This document shows positions 11,930-16,767 of a stretch of 16,767 nt of DNA, piece by piece (within the stretch, counting starts at the first letter, position 1; each line of letters opens with the position of its first letter). The notes beneath the pieces are model-generated. The model did not search any database. It was not told the origin of the DNA and saw only the letters and a list, made by a program, of their open reading frames with translations. A program made the position numbers and the translations under genes. The stretch is from Chthoniobacteraceae bacterium (lineage in GTDB: Bacteria; Verrucomicrobiota; Verrucomicrobiia; Chthoniobacterales; Chthoniobacteraceae). The DNA is taken from positions 1 through 16,767 of the forward strand of contig JBEBGD010000115.1 in assembly GCA_040081625.1 (NCBI GenBank). The letters are read 5' to 3'.

Positions 11930-12826
11930 TCACTCTTTCGCGAAGATGGAAAACGCCGGACATGGCCCGCGCCGTTGTTGCCGCCAGCGTTTGAAATCGA
12001 TCAGGTCCGGATCGAGAAAAACTGAGCCGTCGCGCAGTTTTGTCGTGCCAATGAGCGTCGTGTTGTAAGTCTCCGTTCGGCGACTGCCGGTTTCCGCGTT
12101 CACTTTGCTGCCGACATAAGTCCAGTCAGGCTCGGCGTGAGTGTGTCCGTTGAGCACCGCGAACATGAGGTGAATGAAGCGAATGTTTCCGGTCTTTTCC
12201 TCGATCTGAAAACAGGCGATGAGATGCCAGCCGGAATGTCCATTATGGCTCTCACCGCCTTTGCCGATTTGAATCGTGGACTTGATCTCCAAGCCTGCCG
12301 GTTTGCCTGCCACTTTCGCCGCCGCATTGATGAGATCGGGATACGCTTGGTGCGAGTTGTGTTTGTAGGGCGAATGATCGTTCAGCGCGTCGCAGAGCAT
12401 GTTGGACACGAGGCCGCTGAAGTTATTTCCCTGAATATACGCGGGGAGCGCCTTTGCTCCGGCGGTCAGGAGGTTGGCATTGATGCCGGAGATGATGCTT
12501 TGCGTTGCGTTAATCGCTGCCTCGACGTGCGCGAGCTTCATCCCGGGCGGCAGCGGAACATTCGACCGAAAGTATTTCGGGTTTGCGGTGAAAGTGGCGG
12601 CCGATACCTCGGGTGCGAACGCTGCGGCGACCAATTGGGGGAACGGCACATTGAGCGCGCCCGCGAGCGCCTCAAGCACATCGATGGAGAAGTTCTCCCG
12701 CCCGTTCTCCATACCCGAAAGGTATTGGTAGGTGATGCCCGTTCGCGTCGCGAGTTGCTCCTGGGTGAGCTGCTTTTGTTCGCGGAGTTTTCGGACGAAT
12801 CGTCCGACGGTGGTCTTGGCATCCAT
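11930..12826 (-). CDS. XRE/controller-type HTH domain fused to a putative PD-(D/E)XK restriction endonuclease (298 aa)
   Basis: N-terminal VGRFVRKLREQKQLTQEQLATRTGITYQYLSGMENGRENFSIDVLEALAGALNV is a typical HTH_XRE/C-protein. The C-terminal part carries YPDL...GLEIKS. It is divergent from a DNA methyltransferase. Start set at ATG 12826. Confidence 0.8.
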   Translation of the reverse strand: MDAKTTVGRFVRKLREQKQLTQEQLATRTGITYQYLSGMENGRENFSIDVLEALAGALNVPFPQLVAAAFAPEVSAATFTANPKYFRSNVPLPPGMKLAHVEAAINATQSIISGINANLLTAGAKALPAYIQGNNFSGLVSNMLCDALNDHSPYKHNSHQAYPDLINAAAKVAGKPAGLEIKSTIQIGKGGESHNGHSGWHLIACFQIEEKTGNIRFIHLMFAVLNGHTHAEPDWTYVGSKVNAETGSRRTETYNTTLIGTTKLRDGSVFLDPDLIDFKRWRQQRRGPCPAFSIFAKE

Positions 12827-12880
12827 TTCGTCTATAGTTGATACCCACTTCCGCCTTGCCCGTCTTTCGCCTATAGTTGA
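12826..12880. promoter_or_regulatory. Twin operator boxes (C-box-like) between the divergent R and M genes
   Basis: TTTCGTCTATAGTTGA (12826-12841) and TTTCGCCTATAGTTGA (12865-12880) are 15/16 identical. Each is a partial palindrome, TCnnCTATAGnnGA. Confidence 0.75.
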
Positions 12881-12899
12881 ACCTTGAAACTGCTGCCCA

Positions 12900-13907
12900 A
12901 TGTATCGTCTCCACCACGCCAACTGCTTCGACTGGCTGCGCGAATGTCCGCCGCAATCGCTGCACGCCGTCTGCACCGATCCGCCATACGGACTGCTGGA
13001 GTTCACCGAGACGGAAGTCACCAAGCTCCGTGCCGGACGCGGCGGTGTGTGGCGTCTGCCCCCGACTATCGGCGGCAGCAAGCGCGATCCGCTGCCGCGC
13101 TTCACGGTCCTGACCGACGCGGAGAAGAAGACCCATGCGCGATTCTTCCACGAGTGGGGCAAGCTGCTGCTGCCCGCGCTCGTGCCGGGCGCGCATGTCC
13201 TCGTGGCTGGCCACCCGATCATGCAGCATCTCGTGCAGTCCGCGCTCGCCGAGGCCGGGTATGAAGTGCGCACGGCCATCATGCGGCTCTACTTCAGCTT
13301 TCGGGGCGGTGACCGACCCAAGAATGCGGAGCGCGAATTTCCTGAAGTCTGCGTGACGCCGAAGGGCGCTTACGAGCCGTGGATGCTCTTCCGCAAACCC
13401 ATCGCGGAGAGGACCGTCGCGGAGAATCTCCGGCGGTGGAAGACAGGCGGCCTGCGGCGTCTCGGTCCCGACAAGCCGCTGCCCGACTCGATTTTGAGCG
13501 GGCGCACGCCGGATCGAGAGGAAGCGATTTCAGATCATCCGTGCCTCAAGCCTCAGCACTTCATGCGTATCATCGTGCGGACGCTGCTGCCTCTCGGCGA
13601 GGGCACCGTGCTCGATCCGTTCATGGGCTCCGGTTCGACCATTGCCGCTGCCGAGGCGATTGGTTACGACGCGATTGGTGTCGAACTCGACGACGCGTAT
13701 TTCCGGCAAGCCGAGCGCAGTATTTTGCGACTGGCCGCGCTGTATCCCGACTTCACCGGCGATGCTCTGATGACGAACGGCAACCTGCCGGCCTTGGAGG
13801 CAGACGACTCTCAACAAATGTCGCTGGTGCTGGCGGAGGAGCCGGCCCTTTACCGCGCCAAGCCTAAAGCGAAGACGCGCCGAAACGGGACGAAGGCCCG
13901 AAAGTAA
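12900..13907 (+). CDS. Beta-class N4-cytosine/N6-adenine DNA methyltransferase (335 aa)
   Basis: Motif IV VCTDPPY lies near the N-terminus, followed by HPCLKP and then motif I VLDPFMGSGST and IGVEL near the C-terminus. This is the beta motif order. Confidence 0.95.
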   Translation: MYRLHHANCFDWLRECPPQSLHAVCTDPPYGLLEFTETEVTKLRAGRGGVWRLPPTIGGSKRDPLPRFTVLTDAEKKTHARFFHEWGKLLLPALVPGAHVLVAGHPIMQHLVQSALAEAGYEVRTAIMRLYFSFRGGDRPKNAEREFPEVCVTPKGAYEPWMLFRKPIAERTVAENLRRWKTGGLRRLGPDKPLPDSILSGRTPDREEAISDHPCLKPQHFMRIIVRTLLPLGEGTVLDPFMGSGSTIAAAEAIGYDAIGVELDDAYFRQAERSILRLAALYPDFTGDALMTNGNLPALEADDSQQMSLVLAEEPALYRAKPKAKTRRNGTKARK

Positions 13908-14455
13908 GTGGTGGCCTTGCGGCTGACTTCGACGCGGTTGTTGCCGAAGATGGGCGTGCGCGCGGTCGGCAGCAAGAAGCCAATGGAGGCGGCGCTGGCC
14001 GCGAGGTCGCGCAGGAAGACGCGCTCGACGGGATCGAAGAGCTGCTGGTTGAAGTCGTAGATCCAGAACTCGTCGAAGTTGCAGAGGACGGCGTAGGTCG
14101 GTTTGCGCGGGACGATGTGGGTCCAGTAGTCGAAGAGCTGGTCGTAGTGGCGATCGAGCTTCGCGCCGCGCGACTTCATCTCGATGAGCACACGCTCGGG
14201 CCAGAGCAGGTCGGCGAATTTCTTCCCGCCGCCGGTGCGGGCGGCCTCGCCCTTGATGAGTTCGAGCTGCGCGGAGCCTGGCTTTTTCGCGACGCGAAAC
14301 TCGAAGGTCGCGCCGGCCTCGATGGCGCTGTCGTGGCCGAGGGCGCGGAAGAATTGATCGAGGAAGGATTGGGCCTCGCTCTTCTCATCGCCGCGCAGGG
14401 AGCGCGCGAAGGCGGCGAATTGTTCGAGAGAGGATTTGAGTTCAGCCGCAGGCAC
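13850..14455 (-). pseudogene. Truncated MmeI-like Type IIG/IIL R-M gene; only the N-terminal nuclease domain remains
   Basis: GDEKSEAQSFLDQFF, FADLLWPERVLIEMKSRG, YDQLFDYW and YAVLCNFDEFWIYDF are typical of the MmeI N-terminal domain. Similarity ends near 13910, and the last ~20 codons are antisense to the methyltransferase. No SAM-binding or NPPF motif follows. Confidence 0.85.
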
Positions 14456-14461
14456 TGCGCA

Positions 14462-14491
14462 ATACTATCGGCAACTGCGTGTCGAAGTCGA
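14462..14491 (-). promoter_or_regulatory. Putative sigma70-type leaderless promoter of the truncated MmeI-like gene
   Basis: The minus strand reads TCGACT-N18-TAGTAT-N6-GTG, with the start at 14455. Confidence 0.4.
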
Positions 14492-14546
14492 GCGCCGCGC
14501 AACCCCGGCTCGCGCTAACGACCACGCAATCGGAGGGTGCGTCCGG

Positions 14547-15020
14547 TTACTCCCCCGGACGCAGGAAGCCCTGCTCGCGCAATTGGTTCACGTCATCGAT
14601 CGGCAGCATACCCAGCGCGAGTCCGCGCGCCTCATCGAGCATTTCCAGCATGGTGTCCAAATCTTCATCGATCTTGGGATTTTGCGTTCGCAAGCGCTCG
14701 CGCAGCAGTGGGTCGCGCAGGTGCGTGGGGGCGGTGAGCATCCAGATCGCGCCCGCGCGCGTTTCGTTGGCCTGCACTCGAAACGCCTCGATCCGCGCGT
14801 CCTCGGCCAGTGAGTCATCCACGAGCGCGCGCCGCAGCAACTCGATCGCCCCCCGCAATTCCGCGCGACGCTCTTCAAAATCAGTGAAGCCGAATTTGCG
14901 CAAGGCTTCCTCGGTCTTGAGCGAGGTCTGCAGCTTTGCTTCCATCTTTTCAAGCAGGCGCGCAATCGAGTCGTCGCGGTTCGGCTGCATTTCAGCGGGG
15001 TTGGAAAATCCGGGTGGCAT
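14547..15020 (-). CDS. Hypothetical charged, alpha-helical protein (147-157 aa)
   Basis: The protein-like, E/L/R-rich 3' part of the 378-aa ORF fills the intergenic gap. The start is either ATG 15020 or ATG 14990. Confidence 0.65.
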   Translation of the reverse strand: MPPGFSNPAEMQPNRDDSIARLLEKMEAKLQTSLKTEEALRKFGFTDFEERRAELRGAIELLRRALVDDSLAEDARIEAFRVQANETRAGAIWMLTAPTHLRDPLLRERLRTQNPKIDEDLDTMLEMLDEARGLALGMLPIDDVNQLREQGFLRPGE

Positions 15021-15113
15021 GATCACGAGGATGATGGCGCGCCGACGGGAGTGCAATCCGCGGTCGAAGACTCGCCGCGTGACTCGAAAACGCCGCGATG
15101 GCAAAAGATGGCC

Positions 15114-15593
15114 ATGCTCAAGATCAACACGAACGAACTGCGGGAGGAGACGTGGTCTTCCCCGAAAGGGAAATTTGCCGGCGCCGGCAAACAGGTCTCC
15201 GAGGCGCTCGGGCGAAAGCCGCAATCGACAGACCTGAACGAGCGGCATCCGTTCGACGTGGAGATCGCACGGATCGCGCCGGGGCAGACGCCGTATCCGT
15301 ATCACCTGCACAGCGCGCAGTGGGAGTTTTACCACGTGATCTCGGGCGCGGGCTTCGTGCGGCATGCGGAGGGCACGACGCCGATCGCGCCGGGCGACGC
15401 TTTCCTTTTCAAGCCAGGAGAGCCGCACCAGCTCAGCAACGACGGGACGGTGGATTTGATCGTCTATGTCGTGGCGGACAATCCGATCGGCGAATCGTAT
15501 TACTATCCCGACAGCGGGAAGTGGGGCGTGCGCGTGCCGGAGCGGCGGTTGCTTCGGTCCGAGGCGCTGGATTATTACGATGGGGAGGAATAG
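15114..15593 (+). CDS. Cupin domain protein (159 aa)
   Basis: Cupin motif 1 PYHLHSAQWEFYHVISG and motif 2 PGDAFLFKPGEPHQLSN; C-terminal YYPDSGK and LDYYDGEE. Alternative start at 15108. Confidence 0.92.
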   Translation: MLKINTNELREETWSSPKGKFAGAGKQVSEALGRKPQSTDLNERHPFDVEIARIAPGQTPYPYHLHSAQWEFYHVISGAGFVRHAEGTTPIAPGDAFLFKPGEPHQLSNDGTVDLIVYVVADNPIGESYYYPDSGKWGVRVPERRLLRSEALDYYDGEE

Positions 15594-15685
15594 CGCGCGA
15601 CTCCACGGAGGATTCGGCTTTCTTCGCAGGCCGGGCACCAAGTATGGCTTCCCGTCTTCGCTCCCGCATCCAACTCCCAACACCC

Positions 15686-16429
15686 ATGCGCCCCTTCCTC
15701 ACCCTCTCCGCCCTCATCGCCACGGCCGCCTTCGCCGCTGAACCACCCGCCGTTCCCGCCGGCTCCATCGCGAAGAAGAAGGACCTGCTTTTCTCCGACG
15801 ACTTCGAAGGCGCCGCGCCGGACAAGCGCTGGCATCGGGTCGTCGATACGTTCGCCGTCGAGAAGGGCGCGCTCAAGGGCACGCAGACGCGCGAAAAAAC
15901 AATCCCCGCCGCCAACGGCAAACGGGAGATCAAGGCCCACGCAGCGGTGTTTGGGCTCGAGCTTCCGACGAAGGACAGCGTCGTCGAAGTGCGGATCAAG
16001 TTTGAAGGCGCGACGATGATCGATGTGGAGTTCGATGACCGCGCGTTCACGGGCTCGCACTACGGCCACCTCTGCCGCGCACAGGTCCGGCTCGATGGGG
16101 TGCGCATCATGGATGAACGCGAGGGCAGCCAGAACGAAGCGCTCAAGGCGATGATGCAGGATCCGGCGAAGAAGGCTGAAGCCGGCAGGCGGATGGCCGC
16201 GCACACTGCGAATTTTGCCGCGAAGCTCGAGGCCGGCAGATGGTATGCGCTCGTCGTCGAAACAGTGGGCGATGAAATGCGCGTGACCATCGATGGCAGG
16301 CCCGCGGGCTTCCTCAAGTCTCCCGGCATCGGCCACGCGACGAAGTCGAAGATCGAACTCGGCGTCGGCGGCAAGGACGGCTACTTCGACGACATCAAGG
16401 TCTGGAACGCCGGGCCGGCGAAACCGTAG
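15686..16429 (+). CDS. Secreted hypothetical protein, probable concanavalin A/LamG-like (DUF1080-like) beta-sandwich (247 aa)
   Basis: Signal peptide MRPFLTLSALIATAAFA; LLFSDDFE, GRWYALVVETVGDEMRVTIDG and FDDIKVW. Confidence 0.75.
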   Translation: MRPFLTLSALIATAAFAAEPPAVPAGSIAKKKDLLFSDDFEGAAPDKRWHRVVDTFAVEKGALKGTQTREKTIPAANGKREIKAHAAVFGLELPTKDSVVEVRIKFEGATMIDVEFDDRAFTGSHYGHLCRAQVRLDGVRIMDEREGSQNEALKAMMQDPAKKAEAGRRMAAHTANFAAKLEAGRWYALVVETVGDEMRVTIDGRPAGFLKSPGIGHATKSKIELGVGGKDGYFDDIKVWNAGPAKP

Positions 16430-16533
16430 GCCAAAAACTATCGCTTGCGCACTCGCATTCCCCTGCTCCTATGGGCGGCTCAGTTTGATTGTGTTGTGTT
16501 GCAGCGCGGAAGATCGTCAGTTGAGTTTGTCTC

Positions 16534-16594
16534 TTTGGTGATTTGAAACCCGATACTCGGGAACGGCTCAGAAGCAGGCAGTCAGATCACTAGA
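16534..16594 (+). promoter_or_regulatory. Predicted structured 5' leader of the RRM gene
   Basis: TTTGGTGATTTGA (16534-16546) can pair with TCAGATCACTAGA (16582-16594), giving 13 bp with 3 G-U pairs. This stem encloses the hairpin CCCGA-TAC-TCGGG (16549-16561). Confidence 0.5.
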
Positions 16595-16607
16595 AACCAA
16601 AAACAAA

Positions 16608-16767
16608 ATGAGACTATTCGTTGGAAATCTCTCTTTCGAGACCACTGAAAACGATCTTCAAGACGCGTTCGCCCAATTCGGGACGATCACGGATTGCAAG
16701 GTCATGACCGATCGCATGACGGGCCGCTCGCGCGGCTTCGGATTCATCACCATGAGCACCAAAGAGG
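16608..16767 (+). CDS. RRM (RNP-1) RNA-binding protein, 5' part (runs off the window)
   Basis: MRLFVGNLSFETTENDLQDAFAQFGTITDCKVMTDRMTGRSRGFGFITMSTKE contains RNP2 LFVGNL and RNP1 RGFGFITM. It is absent from the supplied ORF track. Confidence 0.95.
   Translation, partial: MRLFVGNLSFETTENDLQDAFAQFGTITDCKVMTDRMTGRSRGFGFITMSTKE

Larger units (their letters stand above)
11930..13907. mobile_element. Horizontally acquired two-gene Type II R-M cassette (no mobility gene seen)
   Basis: GC is lower than in the flanks (12181-12240 is 30/60 GC versus 44/60 at 10021-10080). Both ends abut fragments of one interrupted gene type. Confidence 0.55.

Noticed and set aside
12827..13282. N-terminal extension of the 450-aa HTH-endonuclease ORF
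   Set aside because: It is antisense to the methyltransferase. The HTH begins at ATG 12826, right after the operator box.
11916..13915. Target-site duplication or terminal inverted repeats at the R-M cassette ends
   Set aside because: Only a 4-nt GGTG is shared near the two junctions, which is expected by chance.
14476..14553. Imperfect inverted repeats with TAAC...GTTA, superficially like an integron attC site
   Set aside because: Too short, poor match to RYYYAAC/GTTRRRY, single copy and no integrase. At most a weak hairpin.

Overview
GC-rich bacterial window. The PEP-CTERM gene, the RRM gene and the general lack of Shine-Dalgarno motifs suggest a PVC-superphylum organism, possibly Verrucomicrobia (inference only). 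From left to right it holds: the Pro/Ala/Lys-rich tail of a gene; a FIST-domain protein; a sialate O-acetylesterase; a conserved hypothetical gene; a putative copper-handling cluster interrupted by a lower-GC PEP-CTERM gene; metH; a restriction-modification hotspot; a hypothetical gene; a cupin; a secreted beta-sandwich protein; and the start of an RRM RNA-binding protein gene with a structured leader. The copper cluster comprises a CusF-SCO lipoprotein, a polytopic membrane protein and an N-terminal-His protein with HLHP repeats. Two things stand out. (1) The gene pair at 5390-7851 shows motif spacing and topology reminiscent of the copper membrane monooxygenase subunits PmoC/PmoA and PmoB, next to a copper chaperone. 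(2) A compact divergent Type II R-M cassette (HTH controller fused to an endonuclease, plus a beta-class methyltransferase, with twin operator boxes) appears to have replaced the middle of an MmeI-like Type IIG/IIL gene, leaving remnants on both sides. All family assignments come from motif recognition by eye; no searches were run.
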